DNA of 64,000 nucleotides from an uncultured Candidatus Rokubacteria bacterium (GCA_963826115.1 CAWGVS010000006.1:160001-224000); one strand, 5' to 3'. Shown: positions 8,640 through 18,963, counted from the first letter of the stretch. Translations and numbers: made by a program. Notes: a model not told the origin generated them from the sequence alone.

Positions 8640-10355
8640 ATGCCGAACTCGCTGACCTGGACCCTGCCGGCCGACCTCGAGACCGCGGTCGCCGCATCGC
8701 TCCGCGAGTGGACGGCCGAGGGCCGGGTCGCGCGGCTCTGGGCGCGCGACGCCCGCCTCTGGACGGGCGCCGACGAGGCGAGCTGGCTCGGCTGGCTCGA
8801 CGTCGGCGAGTCCGAGCTGGGCCGTGCGGCCGAGCTCGCGCGCCTCGCCGAGGACGTGCGGCAAGCGGGGTTCACCCACGTCCTGCTGCTCGGGATGGGC
8901 GGCTCGAGCCTCTGCCCCGAGGTCCTCGCGCTCACGTTCGGGAAGCAGCCGGGCTGGCCGGCGCTCTCGGTGCTGGACTCCACGGACCCGGCCCAGGTCC
9001 GGGCGGCCGAGGGGCGCGTCGACCTCCGGCGCACGCTCTTCGTCGTCTCCTCGAAGTCCGGCAGTACGCTCGAGCCGAACATCTTCAAGCAGTACTTCTT
9101 CGAGCGCGTGCGGGAGACCGTTGGGCGGGACCAGGCCGGCGAGCGGTTCGTCGCGATCACGGATCCGGGCTCGAAGCTGGAGCAGGTCGCGCGGGCCGAG
9201 GGCTTCCGGCGCGTGCTGTTCGGCCTCCCGTCGATCGGCGGCCGCTACTCGGCGCTCTCCGACTTCGGCATGGCGCCGGGCGCCTTGATGGGCGTCGACG
9301 TCCCGCGGCTCCTCGCCAACGCGCGAGAGATGGCCCGCGCCTGTGCGGCCCGGGGGCCGGCGGAGGAGAATCCCGGGGCAGTGCTCGGGACGATCATGGG
9401 GGTGCTCGCGCACCGGGGGCGCGACAAGGTCACGCTGATCGCGTCCCCGGGGATCCACGACCTCGGCGCCTGGCTCGAGCAGCTCCTGGCCGAGTCGACG
9501 GGGAAGCTCGGCAAGGGCCTCATTCCGGTCGACCGCGAGCCGCTCGGCGCGCCGGCGGTCTACGGCCGGGACCGCCTGTTCGTGTACCTGCGCCTCGACC
9601 CGGCGCCCGACCCCGAGCAGGACCGCGGGGTGGCGGCCCTCCAGGCGGCGGGGCAGCCGGTCGTCCGCATCGCGGTGCCGGAGCCGTACCGGATCGCGGC
9701 GGAGTTCTTCCGGTGGGAGTTCGCGACGGCCGTGGCCGGCTCGATCCTCGGGATCCACGCCTTCGACCAGCCCGACGTCGAGGCCAGCAAGGTCGCCACG
9801 CGGCGGCTGACCGACGAGTTCGAGAAGACCGGGCGCCTGCCCGACGAGACGCCCATCCTCGAGGCCGACGGGATCCGGCTTTTCGCCGATGCGCGGAATG
9901 CTCGCGAGCTGGCGGCCGGCGGGCGGACCCTGGCCGGCGTCCTCCACGCCCACCTCGGGCGGCTCCGGCCCGGCGACTACGCGGCCTTCCTCGGCTACGT
10001 CGAGATGACGGCGGCGCACGAGGCGGCGCTCCAGGCGATGCGCGCGCGCGTGCGGGACCGGCACCGCGTCGCCACCTGCCTCGGCTTCGGGCCGCGGTTC
10101 CTCCACTCGACGGGCCAGGCCTACAAGGGCGGGCCCAACACGGGCGTGTTCCTGCAGGTCACGTGCGACGACGCCCGGGACCTGCCCGTGCCCGGCCAGC
10201 GCTACACGTTCGGCGTGGTGAAGGCCGCGCAGGCCCGCGGCGACCTGGAGGTCCTCGCGGAGCGGGGCCGGCGCGCGCTGCGCGTGCACCTGGGCCCGGA
10301 CGTTGCCGCGGGGCTCGCGACTCTCGGGAAGGCGATCGCCGAGGCCGCCGGCTGA
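8640..10355 (+). CDS. pgi: Glucose-6-phosphate isomerase (PGI type usually found in transaldolase-PGI fusions)
   Basis: GMGGSSL, SSKSGSTLE, IGGRYSALS, EQLLAESTGK, FDQPDVEASK, HSTGQAYKGG; RBS AGGAG. Confidence 0.9.
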   Translation: MPNSLTWTLPADLETAVAASLREWTAEGRVARLWARDARLWTGADEASWLGWLDVGESELGRAAELARLAEDVRQAGFTHVLLLGMGGSSLCPEVLALTFGKQPGWPALSVLDSTDPAQVRAAEGRVDLRRTLFVVSSKSGSTLEPNIFKQYFFERVRETVGRDQAGERFVAITDPGSKLEQVARAEGFRRVLFGLPSIGGRYSALSDFGMAPGALMGVDVPRLLANAREMARACAARGPAEENPGAVLGTIMGVLAHRGRDKVTLIASPGIHDLGAWLEQLLAESTGKLGKGLIPVDREPLGAPAVYGRDRLFVYLRLDPAPDPEQDRGVAALQAAGQPVVRIAVPEPYRIAAEFFRWEFATAVAGSILGIHAFDQPDVEASKVATRRLTDEFEKTGRLPDETPILEADGIRLFADARNARELAAGGRTLAGVLHAHLGRLRPGDYAAFLGYVEMTAAHEAALQAMRARVRDRHRVATCLGFGPRFLHSTGQAYKGGPNTGVFLQVTCDDARDLPVPGQRYTFGVVKAAQARGDLEVLAERGRRALRVHLGPDVAAGLATLGKAIAEAAG

Positions 10356-10392
10356 CGGCGGCGGGGCCGCGCCGGCGAGAGGGGACGGGAAC

Positions 10393-11377
10393 GTGCAGAT
10401 CGGGATGGTCGGGCTCGGGCGCATGGGCGGCAACATGACGCGCCGGCTCCTCCGCGGCGGCCATCGCGTCGTCGCGTTCGCCGCCGACCCGCAGGCGGTC
10501 CGGGAGGTCGCCCGCGACGGCGCGACCGGCGCGGCGTCGCTCGACGACCTCGTCGCCGGTCTCGAGCCGCCGCGCGCCGCCTGGGTCATGGTGCCGGCCG
10601 GCGCGCCGACGGAACAGGTGGTCGCCGACCTCGGGAAGCGCATGGCGCCGGGGGACGTGGTCATCGACGGCGGGAACTCCTATCTACAAGGACGACGTGC
10701 GCCGGGCGGCGACGCTGCGGGACCTGGGCATCCACTACGTGGACGTGGGCACGAGCGGCGGCATCTGGGGGCTCGAGCGCGGCTACTGCCTCATGATCGG
10801 CGGCGAGGCGGAGCCGGTGGCGCGCCTGGATCCGGTGTTCCGCACGCTGGCGCCGGGGCTCGGCACGATCCCGCGGACGCCGGGGCGTGACGCGCTCGGC
10901 GGGACGGCCGAGCTCGGGTACGTCCACTGCGGCCCGGTGGGCGCCGGCCACTTCGTGAAGATGGTCCACAACGGCATCGAGTACGGGCTGATGCAGGCGT
11001 ACGCGGAGGGGTTCGACGTCATGGTCAACGCGCGGTCGACCGACCTGCCGGCGGCGCACCGCTACGACCTGCCGATCCCCGACATCGCCGAGGTCTGGCG
11101 GCGCGGGAGCGTCGTGAGCTCCTGGCTCCTCGACCTCACCGCCCAGGCGCTGGCGGAGAGCCCGACGCTGGCCGGCTACACCGGAAGCGTGCAGGACTCG
11201 GGGGAGGGGCGCTGGACGGTCATGGCCGCGGTCGAGGAGGGCGTGCCGGCGGACGTCCTCGCCGCGTCCCTGTTCGTCCGCTTCCGGTCGCGGCAGGAGC
11301 ACACCTTCGCCGAGCGAGTCCTCTCGGCCATGCGGCACAAGTTCGGCGGGCACGTCGAGCGGCCCGCGGGAGGCTAG
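10393..11377 (+). pseudogene. gnd: Second 6-phosphogluconate dehydrogenase with a +1 frameshift near 10684 (pseudogene or sequencing error)
   Basis: The N-terminal part (GLGRMG...DGGNSY) and C-terminal part (YKDDVRRA...[14 protein letters not shown]...FGGH) lie in different frames; TCC TAT C TAC AAG has one extra base. Confidence 0.88.
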
Positions 11378-12922
11378 ATGAGCGTGGAAGCGACCGCCGG
11401 GCAGGGGCAGCAGGCGCTGGCGGGCGCCCGCCGTCCCGCGCCCCCGTGCACCGTCGTCATCTTCGGCGCCGCCGGCGACCTCACGAAGCGCAAGCTCGTA
11501 CCGGCGCTCTACAATCTCAAGACGGCCGGGCTCCTGCCTCCCGAGTTCGCCATCGTGGGGGTTGCGCGGCGGGACCAGACACACGAGCAGTTCCGCGACG
11601 AGCTGACGCGCAGCATCCGGGAGTTTGCGACCACGCGGGTCGACGAAGCGCTTTGGGGCGAGCTCCGGAGCGCGATGTACTTCCAGGCCGGGGAGCTGTC
11701 CGACCCGGCCGTCTACGCGCAGCTCGCGGACCTCCTGGCGGAGATCGCGAAGCGCCACGGGACGGGCGGGAACGTGGTCTTCTACCTCGCCACGCCGCCG
11801 AACCTGTTCGGCGAGGTCGTGCGCCGGCTCGGCGAGGCCGGGCTCGTGCAGACGGACGGAGACAGCTGGCGGCGGGTGATCGTGGAAAAGCCCTTCGGGC
11901 ACGACCTCGAGTCCGCCCGGGCGCTCAGCGCCGAGCTGGCCCGAGTCCTCCGCGAGGATCAGATCTACCGGATCGATCACTACCTGGGCAAGGAGACGGT
12001 CCAGAACATCCTGGTCTTCCGGTTCGCCAACGGCCTGTTCGAGCCGATCTGGAACCGAACCTACGTCGATCACGTCCAGCTGACGGTCGCGGAGACGGTG
12101 GGCGTCGAGGACCGCGGCAACTACTACGAGACGGCGGGCGTGCTCCGCGACATGATCCAGAACCACCTGTTCCAGCTCCTGGCCCTGGTCGCGATGGAGC
12201 CGCCCATCTCGTTCGCGGCCGACGCCGTGCGGGACGAGAAGGTGAAGGTCCTCCAGGCGATCCGGCCCATGACCCCGGAGCAGATCCTCGACCGGACCGT
12301 GCGCGGCCAGTACGCCGACGGGGTCGGGGACGGCAAGCCCGTGCCGGCCTACCGCCGCGAGCCGAAGGTGTCGCCGACCTCGACGACCGAGACGTACGCG
12401 GCGCTCAAGCTGTTCGTCGAGAACTGGCGCTGGGCGGGGGTGCCGTTCTACCTCCGGTCCGGGAAGCGGCTCGCGCGTCGGAGCACGGAGATCGTCGTGG
12501 AGTTCCAGCGTCCGCCGCTGCTCCTCTTCGAGGGGACGGCGATGAGCCAGATCGATCCGAACCGGCTGGTCCTCCACATCCAGCCCGACGAAGGCATCGA
12601 GTTCCAGGTCAAGGCCAAGCGGCCCGGACCGAAGGCGCGCATAGAGACCGTCAAGCTGGACTTCAGCTACAAGGACTTCGGGGACACGCCGGCGGCGACG
12701 GGCTACGAGCGGCTCCTGTACGACTGCATGGCGGGCGACAGCACGCTCTTCCACCGGACGGACATGGTCGAGGCCGCCTGGCGCATCGCCACCCCGGTGC
12801 TGGACGCCTGGCGCGCCCTCCCCGCGCCGGAGTTCCCGAACTATGCCGCGGGCTCGTGGGGACCGGAAGCCGCGGACGAGCTCATCCGGCAGGACGGACG
12901 GCGCTGGTACACGAGCGAGTGA
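11378..12922 (+). CDS. zwf: Glucose-6-phosphate 1-dehydrogenase
   Basis: [48 protein letters not shown]. Confidence 0.97.
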   Translation: MSVEATAGQGQQALAGARRPAPPCTVVIFGAAGDLTKRKLVPALYNLKTAGLLPPEFAIVGVARRDQTHEQFRDELTRSIREFATTRVDEALWGELRSAMYFQAGELSDPAVYAQLADLLAEIAKRHGTGGNVVFYLATPPNLFGEVVRRLGEAGLVQTDGDSWRRVIVEKPFGHDLESARALSAELARVLREDQIYRIDHYLGKETVQNILVFRFANGLFEPIWNRTYVDHVQLTVAETVGVEDRGNYYETAGVLRDMIQNHLFQLLALVAMEPPISFAADAVRDEKVKVLQAIRPMTPEQILDRTVRGQYADGVGDGKPVPAYRREPKVSPTSTTETYAALKLFVENWRWAGVPFYLRSGKRLARRSTEIVVEFQRPPLLLFEGTAMSQIDPNRLVLHIQPDEGIEFQVKAKRPGPKARIETVKLDFSYKDFGDTPAATGYERLLYDCMAGDSTLFHRTDMVEAAWRIATPVLDAWRALPAPEFPNYAAGSWGPEAADELIRQDGRRWYTSE

Positions 12923-12932
12923 CGGCGGCCCG

Positions 12933-13922
12933 GTGATCCTCGCGGGCGACGTCGGCGGGACCAACACCCGCCTGGCCTGGTTCGACGTCGCGGGTGGCGC
13001 TCTGGTGGCGGGGGCGAGCCGCACCTATCCCAGCCGGCAACACCCGGATTTCGGCGCGATCGCGACCGCGTTCCTCCGTGACGCGCCGGGGACTCCCGAG
13101 CACGTGTGTCTGGGCGTGGCGGGAGCGGTGCGCGACGGGCGCGTCGATCCGGTCAACCTGGCGTGGGACGTCGACGGGCCGGCGCTCGCGGCGCGTCTTG
13201 GCGTCCGCCAGGTCCTGCTACTCAACGATCTCGAGGCCAACGCGTGGGGGCTCGCGGCGCTTCCCGAGTCCGACTTCGCGGTGCTCCAGGCGGGCCAGCC
13301 GGTGCGGACCGGAAACGCGGCGGTGATCTCCGCGGGGACCGGCCTCGGCGAGGCGGGCCTCGTGTGGGACGGGCGACGGCACCGTCCGGTGGCGTCGGAG
13401 GGGGGCCACGCGGACTGGGCGCCGCAGGACGAGATCCAGCAGGCCCTCTGGCGGTTCCTCGCGGCCGAGATGAGCCACGTCAGCGTGGAGCGCGTGCTCT
13501 CGGGGCCGGGGCTCCACAATATCTATCGCTTCCTCCGGGACGGGCAGGGCCTGGTGGAGCCGCCCTGGCTCGCGGACTCGCTCCGCCGCGAGGCGCCCGC
13601 GCCCGTGATCGCCACCGCCGGCCTCGAGGGCCGGGCCGAGATCTGCGTGCGGGCCCTCGGGCTCCTCGTCGCGATCTACGGGGCGGAGGCCGGCAACCTG
13701 GGGCTGCGGATGCTGGCGACCGCCGGTGTGTACCTCGGCGGCGGCATCGCGCCTCGCGTGCTCCCCGCCCTCCGGAGCCGCGCGTTCCTCGACGCCTTCG
13801 CCGCGAAGGGCCGCGTTCGCGCGCTTCTCGAGATCCTGCCGGTGCGCGTCGTCCTCAACGACCGCGCCGCGCTCGTCGGCGCGGCGCGCCGGGCCGCGCT
13901 CGAAGCGGGCCTGCTCGAGTGA
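12933..13922 (+). CDS. glk: Glucokinase
   Basis: LAGDVGGTN, LNDLEA, AGTGLGE, SEGGH, ERVLSGPG, GGIAPR. Confidence 0.95.
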   Translation: MILAGDVGGTNTRLAWFDVAGGALVAGASRTYPSRQHPDFGAIATAFLRDAPGTPEHVCLGVAGAVRDGRVDPVNLAWDVDGPALAARLGVRQVLLLNDLEANAWGLAALPESDFAVLQAGQPVRTGNAAVISAGTGLGEAGLVWDGRRHRPVASEGGHADWAPQDEIQQALWRFLAAEMSHVSVERVLSGPGLHNIYRFLRDGQGLVEPPWLADSLRREAPAPVIATAGLEGRAEICVRALGLLVAIYGAEAGNLGLRMLATAGVYLGGGIAPRVLPALRSRAFLDAFAAKGRVRALLEILPVRVVLNDRAALVGAARRAALEAGLLE

Positions 13923-14710
13923 GCGCGGCGAAGGGTGGGGCAGGGGACGCGCTGCCGGTCGTGCGCGTGCTGCCCGACGCGGTGGCGGTCCAGCGCGCGG
14001 CGGCCGAGGAGTTCGCCGCGCGCACCGAGGCCGCGGTCCGGGCCCGCGGCGTGGCGCTCGTGGCCCTGTCCGGCGGGTCGACGCCCCGGGGGCTCCACGC
14101 GCTCCTCGCCGACCCGGCCGGGCCGCTCCGCGCGCGGGTCCCATGGACGCGCCTCCACGTCTTCTGGGGCGACGAGCGGTGCGTGCCGCCGGACCATCCC
14201 GACAGCAACTACCGCATGGCCCGGGAGACCCTGCTCGACGCGGTGCCGATCCGGCCGGAGCACGTCCACCGCATGCCGGGCGAGGACCCGGATCCCGCGC
14301 GGGCCGCGGCGCGTTACGCCGACGAGCTGCGCGAGGTCTTCGGCGCCATGGGGCGGCTCGCGGCCGGCTGGCCGCGCTTCGACCTGGTGCTCCTCGGGAT
14401 GGGCGCCGACGGCCACACCGCGTCGCTCTTCCCGGGCACCGCCGCGGTCCACGAGGCGAGCCGCTCGGCCGTCGCGGTCTGGGTGGCGAAGCTCGGCAGC
14501 CACCGGCTCACGCTGACGCCGCCCGTGCTGGACGCGGCCGACGCGGTCGCCGTGCTCGTGAGCGGGCATGACAAGGCGGAGACGCTCGCGACGGTGCTCG
14601 AGGGACCCGTCAGTCCGGATGTCCATCCGAGCCAGCTGCTCCGCCGGCGCGCGGGGGCGACTCTCTGGCTCGCCGACCAGGCGGCAGCCGCGCGTCTCGC
14701 GGACCGGTAG
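13919..14710 (+). CDS. pgl: 6-phosphogluconolactonase
   Basis: LSGGSTP, FWGDERCV, SNYRM, LGMGADGHTASLFP, RLTLT; GTGA overlap with glk. Confidence 0.95.
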   Translation: MSAAKGGAGDALPVVRVLPDAVAVQRAAAEEFAARTEAAVRARGVALVALSGGSTPRGLHALLADPAGPLRARVPWTRLHVFWGDERCVPPDHPDSNYRMARETLLDAVPIRPEHVHRMPGEDPDPARAAARYADELREVFGAMGRLAAGWPRFDLVLLGMGADGHTASLFPGTAAVHEASRSAVAVWVAKLGSHRLTLTPPVLDAADAVAVLVSGHDKAETLATVLEGPVSPDVHPSQLLRRRAGATLWLADQAAAARLADR

Positions 14711-14711
14711 C

Positions 14712-15650
14712 GTGAGCGCGCACCTGCCGCTCGCGCTGGTCGGTGGCCACGCGCGGCGCGCCCTGACCGCCGAGCGGTTGTGGCGCGTGCTCCAGGTCTC
14801 CCGGCGGAGCTTCTACTGCCGGAGCGCCGAGGGGTCGCTCGTCCTCGTCGGCCCCGTGACCCTCGGCGCGGGGCCGCTCCATGCGCTCTGGGCCGAGCCG
14901 GTTGCGGACGCGCCGGCGTTTCCGGAGGTCGGGATGCCGGTGGCCGTCGACGACGGCCCGCACTCGTCCCGCGCGTCGCTGACGCTCGGGCTCCGCGCCG
15001 CCCGCGAGTGGCGCCCGCCCGCGCCGCCGGGCTGGACGCCGGCCGCACTGCGGCGCAGCCTCGCCTGGCTCGGCCGCGCCGCGGCCCGCGCGCCCGCCGA
15101 CGGCGTCGGGCGGCTGATCGGCGCCCTCGTGGCGGGAGCGGCGGGCGAGGTGGTCACCACTGCCCGCTCGAGCGTGGCGCGCCACGCGTGGCCCGGACTC
15201 GCCGCGCTGTCGGACTGGAGCCGCGCCGCGCTCGTCGCCGGGTGCGCGACGAGCACGCCACCGGACGCGGTCGCGAGCCTGGTTGGACTCGGCCCCGGCC
15301 TGACGCCGTCGGGCGACGACGCGCTCGCGGGCGCGCTCCTCGCGCTCCACGCCTTCTCGCGCGGCGACCTGGCAGAGGGGCTGGCGGCGTGGCTCCGGCC
15401 CCGGGCCGACGGGCGCACGGGGCTCGTGAGCCTCGCCCACCTCGAGCGCGCGGCGCGCGGCGAGGGTGCGGCCGTCCTCCACGAGGCGCTGGCCGCTCTG
15501 GCCTCGGGCGTGCCGGAGACCGTCCCGGCGGCCGTCAGCCGCCTCGGCCATTCTTCGGGGTGGGACGCGCTCGCCGGCGTGGCCACGGTCGGCGCGGCGT
15601 GGCTCGACGTGGCAGAGCGCGGCCGGAGGCCGCGGGCATCATGCCGGTGA
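14712..15650 (+). CDS. DUF2877 (YlbF/AllH-like) protein
   Basis: LVGLGPGLTPSGDD and GHSSGWD motifs; adjacent to fdrA. Confidence 0.8.
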   Translation: MSAHLPLALVGGHARRALTAERLWRVLQVSRRSFYCRSAEGSLVLVGPVTLGAGPLHALWAEPVADAPAFPEVGMPVAVDDGPHSSRASLTLGLRAAREWRPPAPPGWTPAALRRSLAWLGRAAARAPADGVGRLIGALVAGAAGEVVTTARSSVARHAWPGLAALSDWSRAALVAGCATSTPPDAVASLVGLGPGLTPSGDDALAGALLALHAFSRGDLAEGLAAWLRPRADGRTGLVSLAHLERAARGEGAAVLHEALAALASGVPETVPAAVSRLGHSSGWDALAGVATVGAAWLDVAERGRRPRASCR

Positions 15651-17197
15651 GGACGCGCGTTCTCGCGTCCTTCTACCAGGACTCCGTCGTGCTCATGCGC
15701 GCGGCGGACCAGATCCGCCGGCGGCCGGGAGTGCGGGAGGCCGCCGGGTTCATGGGGACGCCGGCCAACCTGGCGCTGCTCGAGCAGGCGGGGCTGCTTT
15801 CCGCCGAGGCGCGGGCCGCGCGGCCCGAGGACCTGGTGCTCGCCGTCGACGCGGACACCGGCGAGACGGCCGATGCCGCCCTCGCCGCGGCGGCCGACGG
15901 GCTCCGCGCGCGGCGTCGAGCCGGAGACCAGGGCGGCGCGCGCCGCCCTCGAACGCTCGATTCGGCGCTCCGGGCGCTGCCAGGCGCCAACGTGGCGGCG
16001 ATCTCCGTGCCCGGGGCCTTCGCGGCCCGGGAGGCGCAGCGCGCCCTGCGTCACGGGCTCCACGTGTTCCTCTTCAGCGACAACGTGCCGCTGGCGGACG
16101 AGGTCCGGTTGAAGCGCGAGGCGCGCCGGCGTGGCCTCCTCTGCATGGGCCCGGACTGCGGCACCGCCTACCTCGGCGGGGTGGGGCTCGGCTTCGCGAA
16201 CGTCGTGGAGCGCGGGCGGATCGGCTGCGTCGCGGCGTCGGGCACCGGGCTCCAGGCAGTCGTCTGTCACCTGGCGGCGCGCGGTGAGGGGGTCTCGCAG
16301 GGCATCGGCGTCGGCGGGCGCGACCTCTCCGCGGAGGTGGATGCGGAGATGACCGGGCTCGCGCTGGAGACGCTGGCCGCGGACCCGGGCACGGAGGTGA
16401 TCGTGCTCGTCACGAAACCGCCGGACCCGGCGGTCCTGCCGCGGCTCGAGGCGATGCTCGCGGCCACGCGGAAGCCGGTAGTCGCGTGCGTTCTGGGCGC
16501 GCCGGCCCGGTCCCCGAGCGTCTCCACGCAGTGGGTCGCGACGCTCGCGGACGCCGCCGACGCCGCGGTGGCCGTCGCCCGCGGGGATCGGTGGACGCCG
16601 CGGGCCTTCGCCGACCCGGGCGACGTCCGCCGTCGCCTCGCCGGGGCCCGCCCGGACGGCGGTCAGCGCGACCCGGGCATCCTCGGCCTCTACACGGGCG
16701 GGACGCTTGCCCACGAGGCGCGCCTCGTCCTCGAGCCGTACGTCGGCGCGGTGGCGCTCGGCGCCGCCCCGCCCGGAGGCCCCGTCGGCCACCGCGTCGT
16801 CGATCTCGGCGACGATACCTACACGGTCCGGGGGCCCCATCCCATGATCGACCCGACGGCCCGCGCCGCGGACATCGTCGCCGCCGGCGAGACCGCGGGC
16901 GTCGGCGTTCTGCTCCTCGACGTCGTGCTCGGCAAGGGAGCGCATCCGGATCCGGCGGGTCCGGTGGCCGCCGCCGTGGAGGCGGCGCGCGAGCGCGCAG
17001 CCCGGCGCGGCAGGCGTCTCGACGCGGTCGCCTCGGTCGTCGGCACCCCGCGCGACCCGCAGGGCCTCCACCGGCAGGTGGCGTGCCTCGAAGCGGCGGG
17101 CATCCTCGTCCTGCCGAGCAACGCCGAGGCGGCTCGCTTCACGGCTTTGCTCCTCCGCCCGGAGCTGGCCGCCGCCGTGCTGGGGCCCGCGGCGTGA
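15641..17197 (+). CDS. fdrA: FdrA-family acyl-CoA synthetase-like protein (AllF-like)
   Basis: YQDSVVLM, MGTPAN, ISVPG, FSDNV, MGPDCGTA, SGTGLQ, GVGGRDLS, GLYTGGTL, DLGDD...PHPMIDP. Confidence 0.9.
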   Translation: MPVRTRVLASFYQDSVVLMRAADQIRRRPGVREAAGFMGTPANLALLEQAGLLSAEARAARPEDLVLAVDADTGETADAALAAAADGLRARRRAGDQGGARRPRTLDSALRALPGANVAAISVPGAFAAREAQRALRHGLHVFLFSDNVPLADEVRLKREARRRGLLCMGPDCGTAYLGGVGLGFANVVERGRIGCVAASGTGLQAVVCHLAARGEGVSQGIGVGGRDLSAEVDAEMTGLALETLAADPGTEVIVLVTKPPDPAVLPRLEAMLAATRKPVVACVLGAPARSPSVSTQWVATLADAADAAVAVARGDRWTPRAFADPGDVRRRLAGARPDGGQRDPGILGLYTGGTLAHEARLVLEPYVGAVALGAAPPGGPVGHRVVDLGDDTYTVRGPHPMIDPTARAADIVAAGETAGVGVLLLDVVLGKGAHPDPAGPVAAAVEAARERAARRGRRLDAVASVVGTPRDPQGLHRQVACLEAAGILVLPSNAEAARFTALLLRPELAAAVLGPAA

Positions 17198-17400
17198 GCC
17201 TCCCGGACGACCTGCAGGACCCGGTCCGCGTCGTCAACGTCGGCCTGGAGCTGTTCGCGGAGACGCTCGCGGCGGACGGGGTCGACGTGATCCACGTGGA
17301 CTGGCGCCCGCCGGCCGGCGGGGACCCACGGCTTGCCGCGCTCCTGGCTGCGCTCGACGACGAGGCTGACCCGCCCGCCGGCGGGCTCGCGTCGCCCTGA
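17194..17400 (+). CDS. Small FdrA-domain protein
   Basis: VVNVGLELFAETL...VIHVDWRPPAGGD, like the C-terminal segment of long FdrA proteins; GTGA overlap. Confidence 0.8.
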   Translation: MSLPDDLQDPVRVVNVGLELFAETLAADGVDVIHVDWRPPAGGDPRLAALLAALDDEADPPAGGLASP

Positions 17401-17413
17401 GGCGGCGGCCGCC

Positions 17414-18727
17414 GTGACTCGCCGGGCATTCGCGCCCGAGATCGTGTTCCTCACGATCGGCGCGATGGCCGGTGTCCTGTTCATCGTGGTGACCCCGCCG
17501 CTCCGCGGCGCCGACGAGTCGGCCCATTGGTACCGGGCCTACCAGGTGTCGGAGGGCCGGCTCGTGGCGGAGCGGCGGCAGGACCGGGTCGGAGGGTTCC
17601 TGCCGAAGAGCCTCCGGATCACTGCTGACGATCGGCCGTGGCGCGGAGCGCAGGCCTCGCTCCGCGCCGATGAGCGGGCGTTCCTCGATTTCCGTAACAC
17701 CGCGCTCTACGCACCCCTGCCGTACCTGCCGCAGGCCATCGCCATCGCCGCGTGGCGCGGCGTCGGCGTGCCGCCGCTCACCTTGTTCTACCTGGCCCGC
17801 GCGGCGGGACTGGCGGCAGCGCTCACCCTAACCCTCTTGGCGATCCGGGTCACACCGCTCGGGAAGTGGACGTTCCTGCTGCTCGCCCTGACGCCGATGG
17901 CGATTCGCCAGATGAGCCTGGTGACTGCCGATAGCGTCACCCACGCGGCCTGTCTCCTGTTCATCGGCCTCTGTCTCCGCATCGCGCTGGTTCAGGGCAC
18001 GCGGGGAGAGACCGAGTCGACCGCGGTCCTCGGGCTCGGCGCGTTCGTGGTGGCACTCTCCAAGATCGCCTATGCCCCGCTTTCGCTCCTCGCGCTTCTC
18101 CCGCAGACCGAAGGGGACGGGGCCCGTCGAGCCGGGTGGCTCCGCGCCGGCGTCGCGATCGCCCTCGGTGTCGCGGGCATCGCCGCCTGGCTGTGGCTGA
18201 TCCGGGATCTCTACGCGGCCCAGCGCATCGCCCCCGACGCCGATCCGGGGCGGCAGCTGGCGTTCATCCTCGTCGATCCCGTCTCGTACGGGTACGTGCT
18301 CCTGGCCGACGTCGCGGACAACGGGGTGAAATACGTGTGGCAGGGGCTGGGCTACGAGTGGACTTTCCCTACCGCCCTTGCCTGGCCGCACCTCGGGGTG
18401 CTGATCGTCGTGGCGATCCTCGACGGACGGGGCGAGGCCGGGCTGGGCCGGTGGACGCGAGGGCTGCTCGCCGTCGTGGCGGTGGCGACCTACGTGTTGA
18501 TCACCACGATGAACTATCTTGCGTGGAGCCCGATCGGGGCGGCGTCGGTCAGCTTCGTGCAGGGGCGCTACTACATCCCGATCGTCCCGCTGCTACTGCT
18601 GCTCCTGTCGAGCCGCCGCCTCGCATCCGTCGTTCCCGTGTGGCGCCTTGCCGCCGGCGCGACCGCGGCCGCCGTGGTCTTTGCCGGCATTGCGGTCGCC
18701 AACCTGCTCCTGCTCTTTCACCGTTAA
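17414..18727 (+). CDS. DUF2142-like polytopic membrane protein (putative GT-C glycosyltransferase)
   Basis: TPP...DESAHWYRAY, YAPLPYLPQA, KIAY, QGRYYIP; many transmembrane segments. Confidence 0.75.
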   Translation: MTRRAFAPEIVFLTIGAMAGVLFIVVTPPLRGADESAHWYRAYQVSEGRLVAERRQDRVGGFLPKSLRITADDRPWRGAQASLRADERAFLDFRNTALYAPLPYLPQAIAIAAWRGVGVPPLTLFYLARAAGLAAALTLTLLAIRVTPLGKWTFLLLALTPMAIRQMSLVTADSVTHAACLLFIGLCLRIALVQGTRGETESTAVLGLGAFVVALSKIAYAPLSLLALLPQTEGDGARRAGWLRAGVAIALGVAGIAAWLWLIRDLYAAQRIAPDADPGRQLAFILVDPVSYGYVLLADVADNGVKYVWQGLGYEWTFPTALAWPHLGVLIVVAILDGRGEAGLGRWTRGLLAVVAVATYVLITTMNYLAWSPIGAASVSFVQGRYYIPIVPLLLLLLSSRRLASVVPVWRLAAGATAAAVVFAGIAVANLLLLFHR

Positions 18728-18738
18728 CGCCCGCCGGC

Positions 18739-18759
18739 GTCGGCTCCCGCGGAGCCGAC
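18739..18759 (+). terminator. Perfect hairpin after the DUF2142 gene (terminator-like, no U-tract)
   Basis: GTCGGCTCC-CGC-GGAGCCGAC, 11 nt after the stop. Confidence 0.45.
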
Positions 18760-18963
18760 ATCGAAGGACCAGGCCCACGTGCCGCCACCCGTCGCGCCAG
18801 GGGCGCAGGTGGGATGGTCCGGTCCTGGCCGCCGGGGGACAGCGTCACCGGCAGCTCGACATCACGCGAATCCTGCCATGTCGCACCCTTCCGGCCGGTG
18901 ACCAGCCCCGCAGGGGCCCGGGGGCACGGTATCCCATTGGCTTTGCTGGGCGGAGCCGTATTC

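Noticed and set aside
8640-10355. Bifunctional transaldolase/PGI
   Set aside because: No transaldolase domain (no TSNP or Schiff-base Lys region); the protein starts directly with the PGI-linked segment
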